Source: Eledone cirrhosa | Taxonomy: Eukaryota | Direction of reading: 5' to 3' | Length of the DNA stretch: 64,000 nucleotides | Assembly: GCA_964016885.1 (NCBI GenBank) | Contig: OZ024741.1 | Location: forward strand, 268,336,001-268,400,000 | In this document: positions 1-12,322 of the stretch, piece by piece | How the letters are laid out: each line of letters opens with the position of its first letter | Numbering within the stretch: position 1 is the first letter of the stretch | Notes under the pieces: generated by a model | What the model was told of the DNA's origin: nothing | What the model saw: the letters and a program-made list of their open reading frames with translations, nothing else | Databases searched by the model: none | Translations under genes and position numbers: made by a program

Positions 1-1980
1 GACCAGCAGTACAAGTCAGCGGCAGCGTAGTAAGTAAGGCAATCAGAGATATGAAGATAGGGAAGGCAACCGGTCCATCGGGTATAGCTGCCGAGATGCT
101 GAAGGCATCTGGGTCTGTAGGTCACACTATAACCACACGTATCGTTAACCAGGTAATACTAGAGGGGGCCATACCAAAAGATTGGTGCAGTAGCATCATT
201 GTCAACTGCTACAAAGGTAAAGGCGATGCACTAGATAGAGGAAACTATAGAGGTATAAAGTTGATGGACCAGGTCATGAAAGTAACAGAAAGAGTTATAG
301 CACAGCTGATTAGGGACCGGGTGAATATAGACGAGATGCAATTTGGGTTTGTTCCAGGGAAAGGCACCACTGATGCGCTCTTCCTTGTGAGACAATTACA
401 GGAAAAGTACCTAGCTAAAAGTAAGCCACTCTACTTGGCATTTGTCGACCTTGAGAAAGCCTTTGACAGAGTTCCACGTGCAGTAATCTGGTGGGCTCTT
501 AGAAAACTAGGAGTAGATGAATGGCTTGTGAAAGCGGTACAAGCCATGTATAGGGGAGCAGTCAGCAAAGTTAGGATTGGCAATGAGTATAGCGAGGAAT
601 TTAGCGTACAGGTTGGGGTCCACCAGGGCTCTGTTCTTAGCCCTCTCCTGTTCATCATAGTCCTGCAGGCAATAACGGAGGAGTTTAAGACCGGATGCCC
701 ATGGGAACTCCTGTATGCTGATGACCTCGCACTCATAGCTGAATCTATGGTAGAACTAGAGAATAAATTCCAAACCTGGAAGCAGGGACTAGAGGGAAAG
801 GGCCTCAAAGTCAACATGACAAAGACTAAGGTCCTTATAAGTAGACGAGAAAACAGAACCCAGATCCCCTCAGGGAAATGGCCTTGCTCAGTATGTAGGA
901 AAGGTGTAGGTAGGAACTCCATTCTTTGCCCCAAATGCAAACAATGGGTACACAAGAGATGTAGCGGGATCTCAGGAAGCTTAATTAAGAATGTAGGATT
1001 CACATGCAGCAGCTGTGCTGAAACAGCAAGCAAACAGCCACAGGAAACAAGTACCACCAATCTCTGGGAGGGCCCTGTAGAAACAGTAGACAGCTTCTGC
1101 TACCTAGGTGACCGAATTAGCAACGGAGGTGGGTGCTCAGAAAGTACAATAACTAGGGTAAGAACGGGATGGAAGAAGTTTAGGGAACTACTACCACTGC
1201 TAGCTGCAAAAGGCTTCTCCCTCAGAATGAAAGGCAGACTGTATGATGCGTGTATCCGAACAGCGATGTTGCATGGTAGTGAGACCTGGGCGCTGAAGGT
1301 GGAAGACTTACGTAGATTAGAGAGAAACGAAGCCTGCATGCTCCGATGGATGTGTAACAGTAATATACGTGAACGACAAAGCATAAATGAATTGAGAGAG
1401 AGACTGAGCATAAGAGGAATCAAATGCTGCGTGCAGGAGAGGCGGTTACGCTGGTATGGACATGTGATGCGTATGAAGGATGACAGCTGCATAAAAAGGT
1501 GCAGAGCACTAGAAGTTGATGGAAACCGCGGAGTGGGGAGACCCAAGATGACTTGGGATGAGGTGATAAAAGCCGACCTTACCCAACTACACCTCTCAAA
1601 GTCAATGACACACGACCGTGACTTCTGGCGTCACGCAGTAATACAGGGTACCCGACCTCCCATGGGTACATGCTGAAGCATATAAACAATATGCCCCCCC
1701 CCCCCCCCACCGCAAGGTGGTCGTGGAGGTGCCACGGCAAAAAAGCACCCAGCCCACACTGTAAAGTGGACGTGTAGGCGCCACGAAAAAGCACCCAGCA
1801 CTCACTGTAAATGAGGTTGGTGTTAGGAAGGGCATCCAGCTGTAGAAATCAAGCCAGATCAGTTCCTGTATGAGCAAGGCATGGTCAGCCGACCAGACAC
1901 TGCCCACAACAGGACAACCCGTCTAACCCATGCTAGCGTGGAAGAACGGACGTAAAACGGTGATGATGATGATGATGATG
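1..1980 (+). mobile_element. RTE-clade LINE, 3' portion (runs off left edge), with 3' UTR and (GAT)n tail
   Basis: RT ORF open from position 3 to stop at 1676; 3' UTR with 42-bp subrepeats; ends GGACGTAAAACGG(TGA)n at ~1948-1980. Confidence 0.93.
51..1676 (+). CDS. Non-LTR reverse transcriptase (RTE clade) with inserted PHD-like C4HC3 finger; N-terminally incomplete
   Basis: NYRGIKL, QFGFVPGKGTTDA, FVDLEKAFDRV, GVHQGSVLSPLLF, LLYADD, FCYLG, RRLRWYGHVMR, GRPKMTW motifs; no stops; frame also open upstream of ATG 51. Confidence 0.93.
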   Translation: MKIGKATGPSGIAAEMLKASGSVGHTITTRIVNQVILEGAIPKDWCSSIIVNCYKGKGDALDRGNYRGIKLMDQVMKVTERVIAQLIRDRVNIDEMQFGFVPGKGTTDALFLVRQLQEKYLAKSKPLYLAFVDLEKAFDRVPRAVIWWALRKLGVDEWLVKAVQAMYRGAVSKVRIGNEYSEEFSVQVGVHQGSVLSPLLFIIVLQAITEEFKTGCPWELLYADDLALIAESMVELENKFQTWKQGLEGKGLKVNMTKTKVLISRRENRTQIPSGKWPCSVCRKGVGRNSILCPKCKQWVHKRCSGISGSLIKNVGFTCSSCAETASKQPQETSTTNLWEGPVETVDSFCYLGDRISNGGGCSESTITRVRTGWKKFRELLPLLAAKGFSLRMKGRLYDACIRTAMLHGSETWALKVEDLRRLERNEACMLRWMCNSNIRERQSINELRERLSIRGIKCCVQERRLRWYGHVMRMKDDSCIKRCRALEVDGNRGVGRPKMTWDEVIKADLTQLHLSKSMTHDRDFWRHAVIQGTRPPMGTC

Positions 1981-2170
1981 AAGCAAAGAGATATTTAATT
2001 TGTTGGTTATTCAACAAATTTATTTATAACAGATTCAAAGCACTCTACAGATTTTCTGGAGTAGAATATCAATGATATTAATAAATGGAAACTATATTTA
2101 TAAAACCATATTTATTTTATTTTATATATTTCAAGGGTACCAAAATTTCGCATTTATTAATATCATTGAT

Positions 2171-2336
2171 CATCATCATCATCATCATCATTCCATTTTA
2201 CGTCCGCTTTTCCCTGCTTGCAAGGGTGGGACGGGAACTGATTCTGGCTTGATTTCTACAGCTTGATTTCTACAGCTGAACTCACAACCTTTCGATTGCA
2301 AGGCCAATGCTCTAACCACTAAGCCATGTGCCTCCA
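2171..2336 (-). mobile_element. Internally deleted tRNA-headed SINE with RTE-derived 3' tail
   Basis: Reverse complement of head (GGAGGCACATGGCTTAGTGG) and tail of the 23096-23424 SINE, joined at a TGATTTCTACAGCT duplication; (CAT)n tail. Confidence 0.8.
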
Positions 2337-2485
2337 GATATATATATATATAGTTAGGGAAGCAGAAAATTGCTTTTTGTGATCCAGTTCGTGGTTAAGA
2401 AAGCCAGTTTCATGGATGGTTTCAACGTACGGTTAGGGGTAACTCCACAAGTTTGTAAGAATTCCGTTCAATCTTGGAGTATAAA

Positions 2486-3115
2486 GTATAAAAGAGAAAA
2501 CAGGTAAGCATTAAGAGAAGGATTTTATCCAGGTATTTACGGCCGTTTCATTGGTAAGTGCAACCTTATATTGCTATACTGCAAATAGCAGCCACTCAAT
2601 TATAATTGTATCTTTATCTTTATTTTTTATATATATATTTATCTCTTTATATCCCCCCCCCCCCCTCTCTCTCTCTCTATCCATCCCTCCCACTATGATC
2701 AATTTAATTCTCTTTAACTCACTACATTCCACGACATGAAGTCTGAATATCAAAACTGATCAAAGAATCCTTCCACCTCTACCCCTCCCTCCATCTCAGT
2801 TGGTCACTCTACTTCCTAACTCTTCCTCCTTCCTCTCTCTCTATACTATTCCGTTTGTCCCCTCACCTTCTGATTCCTCTCTCTCTCTATACTAGTAAAT
2901 ACAATTCCAAATAAATGTTTTTCTCTATATATTAAGAATTATTTCAAGAGTAACTTATTCACTATTTTGAAAATTTGAACTGTGAACAACAATTATAATT
3001 GAGTGGCTGCTATTTGCAGTATAGCAATATAAGGTTGCACTTACCAATGAAATGGTCGTAAATACCTGGATAAAATCCTTCTCTTAATGCTTACCTGTGT
3101 TTTCTCTTTTATACT
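2486..3115. repeat. ~125-bp inverted repeat pair with ~380-bp spacer, next to (TA)n
   Basis: 2486-2609 is the near-perfect reverse complement of ~2988-3115. Confidence 0.85.
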
Positions 3116-3139
3116 ATATATATATATTTATATATATAT

Positions 3140-3228
<89 letters not shown>
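3115..3228. repeat. (TA)n microsatellite
   Basis: Direct reading. Confidence 0.95.
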
Positions 3229-3231
<3 letters not shown>

Positions 3232-3902
3232 TCATTTTATTAAGGCTAAATAGTGAGTCTTGTTACACTGGAGTTTTGCTTGTTTATAACAGGTCTGATA
3301 TATATATATAAATATATATATATATAAATGAAAAGTATAGAAATTATTGTAGCGAGAAGCTAACAGTATTCCATAATATAATATATAAATATATATATAT
3401 ATATGTTCCACAGTCACTACTATATATTCTTTCTATCCACTGCTTTATACATCACAGGCTATTGCTATATATACTATCTGATGATCCTGTGAATACATAG
3501 GTAAACCTTAAGAGTAACAAGACTAACCGCTTAGCCATAATAAAGAATAGATATATACATATATCATGTTATGTACACCACAGCCACTGTATTGTAATTG
3601 CTGTATACAACACTGTTAGGACATTAACACCAGTTGCTTTTATGTGTATGCCTGTATGTGTCTGAGTCTTTCTCTGTGTATGTATGTTTATCTGAATTTG
3701 TGTGTATGTGCATGTGATGTTTGTGGGGTGGGGGTATTTGCAGTTCCACACCTGTTTCTGTCTATGAGATGTTGATATTGGCTGTGGTGACATTTCACTT
3801 GAATTGGAGCTTGATGATGGAGAGAAGGTGGTGTGAAGGGGGCAGACTGGGTCTTTTACATGTGAGCAAAGAGTGGGAGGGAGATAGGAGGGTGTGAGTG
3901 GC

Positions 3903-3961
<59 letters not shown>

Positions 3962-4069
3962 TTATTCATATATAGAGAGAGGGGGTATTGAGGTTGGTAG
4001 AAGTAGCAAGAATTTGTGGATAGATAATCATAAATGTAGTTTACATTTTTACTTTCTTCACACATACAT

Positions 4070-4212
<143 letters not shown>

Positions 4213-4457
4213 TGTCAAACGTAAACAGAAAACAACAAAACAAATAATACAGTACAATGAAGCTACATATTAGTTTAATGCTTGATATAGTAGGGAAAAA
4301 GTCTCGATGTCTTGGACGTTAGTCCTTCATCAGAAGATAGAATGAGAAATAAAAGAAATAGAGGAGAGTGAGATGAGGAAGAATCAGAAACATGTGTTTT
4401 ATTTAGAAAAATCACGTGTGTTCAGTTAGTCATTATATATATATATATATATATATA

Positions 4458-5106
4458 TCATCATCATCATCATCGTTTAACGTCCATTTTCCACGCTAGC
4501 ATGGGTCTGGACAGGAATTGTCCCACTTGTGGCAAGATTGGTTGTCTTGCTCAGGACTGTCTGGCGGGTTTTCTATGGCTGGATGCCCTTCCCAACACCA
4601 ACCACGTTTACAGTGTGGACTGGGAGGTTTTTACCGTGTTACCTACACGGCCACATTACAGCGTGGACTGTGTTTTTTTGTCGTGACACCTACACGACCT
4701 CATTTGTTTCGGACTGGATGTTGTGGTACCAACATAACTTCACATTTAAGGGGGTGGTGTGGATGGGGTGGGGGTAGTGGGACGGTGGTGTATTTTGTTA
4801 GAGGTGCCTACTGACTGTAGGTTTCGCTTTGTACTTAGGCAAGGCGGGTCTTCTGTATAACTGTGTAGCGCCAAAGATCACGGTCCAGTGACATTGTCTT
4901 GGAGAGGTGTAAGTGTGTGAGGTCGGAATTTATCAAGTCGTCCCAGGTTTTTCTGGGTCTGCCTACTCCGTGGCTACCGTCTATTTTTATTGCCCTGCAC
5001 TTTTTTATACAGCTGTTGTTTTTCATGCGCATCACGTGACCATACCAACGTAGTCTTCTCTCGAGTAAACAACATCTGATCCCTTTTATTCCTAATTTCT
5101 CCCTTA

Positions 5107-5107
<1 letters not shown>
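4458..5107 (-). mobile_element. 5'-truncated RTE LINE (C-terminus plus 3' UTR)
   Basis: RRLRWYGHVMRMK..GRPRKTWDD on minus strand; 3' UTR homologous to 17240-17640; (CAT)n tail. Confidence 0.88.
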
Positions 5108-5141
<34 letters not shown>

Positions 5142-5359
5142 TATATATAATATTAAGGATACTATTTATGGTTATGTATATATTAAAACTTTTTATAGTT
5201 ATGTATATTTTAAACCCTAAACAGTGAAGGTCAGTAATTTATTACTACCTTATTACCAGTAAGATAAATAGCTCAATGTAATAACATCAGTTGTTCTACA
5301 GAGCAGTTATATAGAATTCACAAGGATCAAAGCTATGTTCAAAGCATTTATTCACTTAC

Positions 5360-5430
5360 AATTGTTTCATCCAAACCTAGGCTTGGAGTCTTCGGAGCAT
5401 TTTTCGATGTTTGTACATATAATTGACCTC
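5360..5430 (-). CDS. Candidate internal exon of unidentified host gene ((G)GQLYVQTSKNAPKTPSLGLDETI)
   Basis: tctcttgcgtttgaaag| acceptor, |GTAAGT donor, 71 nt, phase 1 to 0, in frame with exon 10324-10453; non-repetitive context. Confidence 0.5.
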
Positions 5431-5519
5431 CTTTCAAACGCAAGAGACATACAGATACTTATATATATATTGATGTACAGTGGAGTGACATATATTATAC
5501 TATACTATTTTTGTACAGC

Positions 5520-5582
5520 AATTCAAATTCAAAATCAAAATCAAAATCAAAATCAAAACTAAAATCAAAATCAAAATTAAAA
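5520..5582. repeat. (AAAATC)n microsatellite
   Basis: Direct reading. Confidence 0.9.
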
Positions 5583-5748
5583 TACATTCGGCAGATAACA
5601 CAGATAATGCAAGAGGATAGTTTGATAGTCAGATCTAGTAGGTAGTGTATGCGTTAGTTACACATGATGTGAATTCTCTCTCTCTCTCTATATATATATA
5701 TATACTCGAAAGATAGGTTCTTTTTAATATATCCCATGTGGGTAAAAC

Positions 5749-6250
5749 TATAGGAAAAAGAAGTTGAAAATGTAATTGGAGTTTTTACGAAGGTTTATTT
5801 CCAATAATTTATAACTTTACCAGTTTCACATTTTCAAAAGTTAAGAGAGATGGAGAAATGTAGGGCTATGTCGACTTGCGCAAGTTACAAGTCAGCAAAG
5901 CTGCACATCTCTCCGTCTTTCTTAACTTTTGAAAATCATGAAACTTGTGAAACTGGTAAAGTTATAAATTATTGTAAATAAGCCTTCTTAACCCAGTAGC
6001 ATTTACATTACCTTACATACACTATTGTATTTTCGTGGTAAAGGCTTTATTTCCCATAATATCTCACATAATATCGAATCTATGAGATTTTGATATTATT
6101 TATTTTGAGCACAATACCTTAACATTAATATGAGTGGCTGGTTACGGCTGGTTTGAACAGAAAGAGGAGAGAGAATTCTGGCTGGATACAACCGGTTTAA
6201 ATACTAAAGGGTTAAAGACATCAATTGCATTTTCAACTTCTTTTTCCTAT
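5749..6250. mobile_element. Fold-back (long inverted repeat) element interrupted by a TTAA MITE
   Basis: TATAGGAAAAAGAAGTTGAAAATG... mirrored by ...CATTTTCAACTTCTTTTTCCTATA; arms pair along most of their length; partial copy at ~24372-24500. Confidence 0.75.
5992..6211. mobile_element. piggyBac-like MITE family 1 (CCCTTTAGCATTTA termini, TTAA TSD)
   Basis: TTAA|CCCAGTAGCATTTA...TAAATACTAAAGGG|TTAA; other copies at 20689, 31362, 37604, 39540. Confidence 0.8.
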
Positions 6251-7154
6251 ATATATATATACTCTTATACATCATCATCATCAAATTCATTTTTTCATGC
6301 TATTATGGGTTGTTACACACCAAGTCAGTACTTCTTAGAGCTACCGTCTTCCTAGATAGGTTGGGTAACTATGTCTTGCCAAGATATGTTCTATTTTGGC
6401 ATGGTTTCTATGGCTGGATATCCTTTCTATTACCAACCATTTTTCAGAGTGTATTTGGTGAAGTTTATCATGGCATCAACACTAGAGAGGTTGTCTAGTC
6501 CTTGACATGACTGAAGAATCTTTTTTTATGTTCGTGGTTTCTACAGCTTAATACTCTTTCTTATGCCAACCACTTTGCAGAGTGTACTTGGTGCATTTTA
6601 TCATGGGACCAGCACTAAAGAAGTTGTCCTGTCCTTGACATGGCTGAATAGTTTTCTCTATCTTCTTTTATATACTGTTGGAATGTGCTAGTTTTCTTTT
6701 AGAATATACAGTGGCACTAACACTAAAGAGGGTGCATCCAAGACAATCATGATCTAAGAGTGGAGATAGAAAGGGTTGGTGTCTGCCATGTTCCAGGTAA
6801 ATGTAGTCAGTAACAAGAATAAAGGAATGTGTGGGAAGATGCGCTTGGACACTGAGTATGATTATGCATATGGTGATGGGCCTACATCCTGGTTGTTAGC
6901 TGGGGTTTGTGAGGAGGCAAGGACAGGTTGGATAGCAGCAAGGTTGTTGAGCCATATGTAGATGGTGAGGGAGTGAAAGGGAGGTTGAGGGTGTCCAGTA
7001 GTAGCAGGTGGTTTGACAGAGTGAGGATAAGAGAGAGCTATGATTTATTATAAGGAAGATGATGATTTAGATAAACAGAGAGGCAGATGAGTGATAGTGG
7101 AAGGTGTATTTTGATATCACTAATAACAAAGATAGTAATGATAATAATGAAAAT

Positions 7155-7585
7155 AATTGTTTCTACTTTAGGCACAAGGCCAGCAATTACCCAGTACATT
7201 ACTGGTACTTTATTTTATCGACTCCGTAAGGATGAAAGGTAAAGTTAACCTCGGCGGGATTTGAACTCAGACTGTAAAGGGACGTAACTATGCTAGAAAG
7301 CATGGCGTCCGACCCTCTAACGATACTGTCAGTCCACCGCCCTAATAATGAAAATAATGGTTTCTGATTTTGGCACAAGGAAGGCCAACAATTTTTTGGA
7401 GGTAGGGGATAGTCGATTAAATCGACTCTTGTGCATTACTGGTACTTTATTTTATTGACCCCGTAAAGATGAAAGGCAAAGCTAATCTCAGCAGGATTTG
7501 AACTCAACTCAGAATGTAAAGGGCCATAACTTTATTCCACAAAACGTCTGATGCTCTAATGATACTACCAATACACTGCCCTAAT
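7155..7585 (-). mobile_element. Two tandem tRNA-derived SINEs (family with GAGTTCAAATCCCGCCGAGGTTAACTTT core)
   Basis: B-box-like GAGTTCAAATCC on minus strand; similar copies at ~11885-12100, 22430-22570, 26620-26750, 48510-48620, 54240-54370. Confidence 0.7.
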
Positions 7586-7689
7586 GATGAAAATAATAAT
7601 AAATATGAAGGTGGAGAGATTGAGTATAATTAGACCAAGTGCCACACCACATTACAAATTAGTATATTTCAGAGAATTGATATGTTTAC

Positions 7690-8185
7690 TGTTAGGACTT
7701 TCAACTTTTCCATGCTTGAAACTTTGCCTGTACCTCTTCCACAGATTCAGCTATAACAACTAGGTCATCAGCATAAAAGTTCCCATGGAATATCAGTTTT
7801 AAACTCCTCAGTGATAGCCTGAAGGACAATGATAAACAGAAGTTGACTGAGGACTGTGTCCCGGTGCACTTTAAATTCATCATTGCCCACCAGATTGAAG
7901 AATATGGGGCCCTACCAAAAGCCTTCGCCAGATATACAAATGCTAGATATGGTGACTTACTCTTAGCTAAGTACATCCCCTATATCTGTCTCACCAGAAA
8001 GAGGGCATCTAATTTGATTCTGTCCCTAATTAGTTGTGCAGTAATCTTTTCAGTAACTTTTTATGACCTAGTCCATCACCTTGGTACCCCTGTAGTTACT
8101 TCTCTCTAATATATCTCCCTTGCCCTTGTAGCAATTTACAATGATACTTTACCAGTCATTGGATATGACACCATTTTGTACTACT
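7690..8185 (-). mobile_element. Degenerate RTE RT fragment
   Basis: YLAKSKSPYLAFVYLAKAF, FYADDLVVIAES, with internal deletions. Confidence 0.8.
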
Positions 8186-8249
8186 AGGGGTGGGTGACAT
8201 GGCATTTACAACAATTTGCCTGTCTTGTTTCCTAGTGAGAATGGAGTCT

Positions 8250-9620
8250 ATTTGGCTTGTATAAACGTAATGTGTGTATTTCTGTGCATGTGTTTCTGTA
8301 TTTCTGTGTATGTGTGTTTCTGTATGTTCAACAAAGCAACACAGACTTTAAAAATAAGACTTTCACTATAATGACAGATGATTGTTGTTGTTGTTATTCT
8401 GACTTCTTTTTTTTTATAACAGCGGCAGGGAGTGAGATAAGCCATTTAAATTTATAGAGAAGCACCCACTTGGGATTGTGAAGAAATTTTTTTTGTGAAG
8501 AAATGTTTTTTCATGTTTTCAACTAATCTGACCGCCGACATGCTCGCAATCACCTTCTTTTCCTAAAACGGAATAGGGTGGGGACCCTAGGATTTTCCCA
8601 GCTTCTGAGATTTCTTCAGTGAGAATAACAGAGGCAGGAAAGGAAGGGGACACTCAGAATTACAGGTAAGCACCTCTCAGCTGATTAAATTTATAGAAAA
8701 GCAATCCCTTGATACTGAAGGATGTTTTGATCCTTCATCATTTTCAACTGTTGTGAAAAGCATTGTAAACATAATTAATTATGTGTTCCGCACTTTCGAA
8801 CTCCACCATTCCAATGAGGAGTGGCTGTGTAAAAGAGCAATCCTTGCCCCCCCCACCCCCCCCCAAACATCACAGTGAAGCCATCAGCAGAAATCTCTCA
8901 CAAATTATGCCTGGAGGTAGCCAAACCTATAAATATATTGACAAGGACAAAGATGGTCATTATCCCGTTGAATTTTTCAACAGTCTGGAACCATCCGGTA
9001 TTCTGCCACACAATCTTGAATTGAAGAAGGGCACAGTCATCATGTTTCTCAGAAACATGGACCAGCCAAAATTGTGTAATAGGACGCATATGGCTGTGAC
9101 TGAGCCTCACATTATTGTAGCCAAGATCTTCATTGAATGTGGTAAGGGAGATATCATATTTATACCTAGAATACCACTAATACCAACAGATGTCCCTTTT
9201 CATTTCAAATGATTGCAATTCTCTGTGAAAGTAAATTACACAATGACCATTAACAAGTCCCAAGGTCAAACACTTCAGGTTGATGATCTCCATCTAGCAG
9301 GGGGATGTTTCTCACCTTGTCAATTGTATATAGGTTGTTCCCAACTAGGAAAACCCTACAAACCCTTCATATATGCTCCAAAGAAAAAAGTTTTTTGTTA
9401 AATGTATATACTGAAGTTCTGTAAATGTTTTATAATTTTTCTATTATTTTCTTTATTACTTTCTGCATTTAGATATTCTAAATAAATGTTTAAAATTATG
9501 TTATGCAATATTTAAATACCTTTTAACATCTTTTATTTCAAGGAGGGCATTACGATAGATGCTAATAGGTGCCTTATAAATAGATTTGAGCACAGTACAG
9601 ACCTGGGTGAAGGCCGCTAG
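8250..9620 (+). mobile_element. Helitron remnant with PIF1-like helicase C-terminus (pseudogenised)
   Basis: YPVEFFNSLEPSGILPHNLELKKG..LRN..LCN, IPRIPLIPTD, TINKSQGQTL motifs with a stop at 9210-9212; 3' end ...GGCCGCTAG|T at 9620; 5' boundary approximate. Confidence 0.85.
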
Positions 9621-9699
9621 TATATATATATATCACAGAGCTGCATGATTATTATATTGTATAATTATATATCTATCTCTTTTTTTTTAATATAAATTT

Positions 9700-10080
9700 T
9701 TATATATTTACAAATACATTATATATATATATATATTTATAAATACATTATATATATATATTTATAAATACATCATATATATATATTTATAAATACATTA
9801 TATGTATATATATTTATAAATACATTATATATATATATTTATAAATACATTATATATATATATATTTATAAATACATTATATATATATATTTATAAATGC
9901 ATTATATATATATATTTATAAATACATTATATATATATATTTATAAATACATTATATGTATATATATTTATAAATACATTATATATATATATTTATAAAT
10001 ACATTATATATATATATTTATAAATACATTATATATATTTATAAATACATTATATATATATATACATAAGTACATTATAT
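9700..10080. repeat. AT-rich minisatellite (ATTTATAAATACATT(AT)n unit)
   Basis: About 13 tandem units of ~23-29 bp. Confidence 0.9.
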
Positions 10081-10323
10081 CAACAGTCGACAGTGGGTAA
10101 TATCCATACACACATACGCACATATATATATTCACAATTTCTGTTTACCAAATTTCAGTGACAAGGTTTTGGTCAAGTCAAGGCTAAGGTAGAAGAAATT
10201 ATTAGCCCAAAGTGGTATTATGCATTGGGATTGAACTGGAGAAAGAAAAACAACACAACAAAACAACACAAAAGAAAGAAAAAGGAAAAAGAAAAAAGAA
10301 ACAGTTTTGGTTGCAAAATGAAC

Positions 10324-10453
10324 CTGTTAAACCCGCAGCCATATCTGCAACGATAATAGAATCAGATATGGGATAATAGTAATTCTCTTGGTAGTTCCAA
10401 CTGTCTTGTGCAGCACACTGTATCCAATATTTGATGGAGAGCAGAGAATATAC
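10324..10453 (-). CDS. Candidate internal exon of unidentified host gene (VYSLLSIKYWIQCAAQDSWNYQENYYYPISDSIIVADMAAGLT)
   Basis: tttttccttcctctacattggattgcag| acceptor, CAG|GTTCAT donor, 130 nt, only one open frame, phase 0 to 1. Confidence 0.55.
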
Positions 10454-10624
10454 CTGCAATCCAATGTAGAGGAAGGAAAAATCAATATTTCTAGATATGG
10501 TTATCATGTAAGATCATAAAGTTAATTTGGAAGAGAAGTGAATACACTGTGATATGAAGAGGATGGTTTCTTAGCAACCAGATTTTCATGTGAAATCATA
10601 TACCCACATAAACAAAGAATTTAG

Positions 10625-11695
10625 TCATTAACTACCCAGAGCCAACAGTTTTGGGAGTAAGCATTATCTACCCAACTTGAACATTTGTGACACTGAGTAA
10701 TAACTACCCACAATCTACCCACAGTCAACAGTTGACAGTGGGTAATATCCACCCACAATCAGCAGTTATGATTGTGGGTAATATCTACTCACAATCAACA
10801 GTTGTAACTTTGGGTGATATCTATCCACAGCTAACAGTTGACACTGGGTAATATTTATCCCAACCAACAGTTGTAACATTAGGTAATGTCTACCCATAAT
10901 CTACCCGCAGCCAACAGTTGAAACTGGGTAATATCTACCCACAGCCAACAGTTGACACTGGGTAATATCTACCCACATCCAACAGTTGTGACATTGAGTA
11001 ATATCTACCCACATCCAACAGTTGACACTGGGTAATATCTACCCACATCCAACAGTTGTGACATTGAGTAATATCTACCCACATCCAACAGTTGACATTG
11101 AGTAATATCTACCCACAGCCAACAGTTGACACTGAGTAATATCTACCCACATCCAACAGTTGACATTGAGTAATATCTACCCACATCCAACAGTTGACAC
11201 TGAGTAATATCTACCCACAGCCAACAGTTGACACTGGGTAATATCTACCCACATCCAACAGTTGTGACATTGAGTAATATCTACCCACATCCAACAGTCA
11301 TGATAGTGGGTAATATCTACCCACAATCAGTAGTTGTAACATTGGGTAATATCTACCCACAGTCAACAGTCATGACCCAGAGTAATATCAACCTACAGAT
11401 CAACTGTTGTGACATTGGGTAATATCTACCCACATTCTACCCACAGCCAACAGTTGACACTGGGTAATATCTACCCACAGTTAACAGTTGTGATAGTGGG
11501 TAATATCTACCCACAGTTAACAGTTGTGATAGTGGGTAATATTTATCCACAATCTACCCACAGCCAACAGTTGACAGTGGGTAATATCTACCCATAGTCA
11601 ACAGTCATGACCCAGGGTAATATCAACCTACAGATCAACTGTTGTAACATTGGGTAATATCTACCCACAATCTACCCACAGCCAACAGTTGTCAC
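10625..11695. repeat. Minisatellite, 34/36-bp unit GGGTAATATCTACCCACAGCCAACAGTTG(TG)ACACT, ~30 copies
   Basis: Direct tandem units with no unique spacers. Confidence 0.92.
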
Positions 11696-12213
11696 AGTCA
11701 AGATCAGACATAGGTACCCTGTTCATCCTATAACATCTAATCTAGTACATGATCTAGTATATGTCAGTGTAAAAAGAATATGCTGCACCAGCGCAGTGCT
11801 GGTATTTTTTAAATGACTTCAAAAAGATGAAAGTCAAAGTTGAACTTGGTTGGATTGGAATCTGAGAGCCAGAATCAACACTGATTTCCGTTTTAGGTAC
11901 AAAGCCAGCAAATTTAGAAGAACAAATTTGATTAAAATCAACCCTAGTACTTCACTGGTACTTCATTTTATCAACACTCAGAAGGCTGAAAGACAAAGTT
12001 GATCTTAGCAGGATTGGAACTCGGAATGCAAAGAGCCAGAACACATATCACAATAGCATTTTATCTGACACTCAACCAATTCTGCCAATCCATTACCCTT
12101 CAACCAAAAATATTGCAATGTATTTTATCCAATGCTTTAATGATTCTGTCAATGGACTGTCTATATTCTGAAGGTAGATATACTAGTTAGTTTAGCCTGT
12201 GTTAGATTCTCAC

Positions 12214-12293
12214 AGTAGTTTCTCTCCTTTCTCTCTGAGAAAAACGCTTTAAAGAAGCTGAACTCTTAAAAAGTTTCATGCTGATCCATAATC
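12214..12293 (-). CDS. Candidate internal exon of unidentified host gene (LWISMKLFKSSASLKRFSQRERRETT)
   Basis: ttttggtcag| acceptor, |GTGAGA donor, 80 nt, phase 1 to 0, in frame with exon 10324-10453. Confidence 0.45.
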
Positions 12294-12322
12294 CTGACCA
12301 AAATTTATAGTAAGTTATAGAG

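Noticed and set aside
431-1546. Antisense ORFs of 209 and 148 aa
   Set aside because: Shadow frames of the RTE reverse transcriptase
10625-11695. CRISPR-like array (palindromic ~35-bp repeats)
   Set aside because: Units are head-to-tail with no unique spacers, there are no cas genes, and the context is eukaryotic
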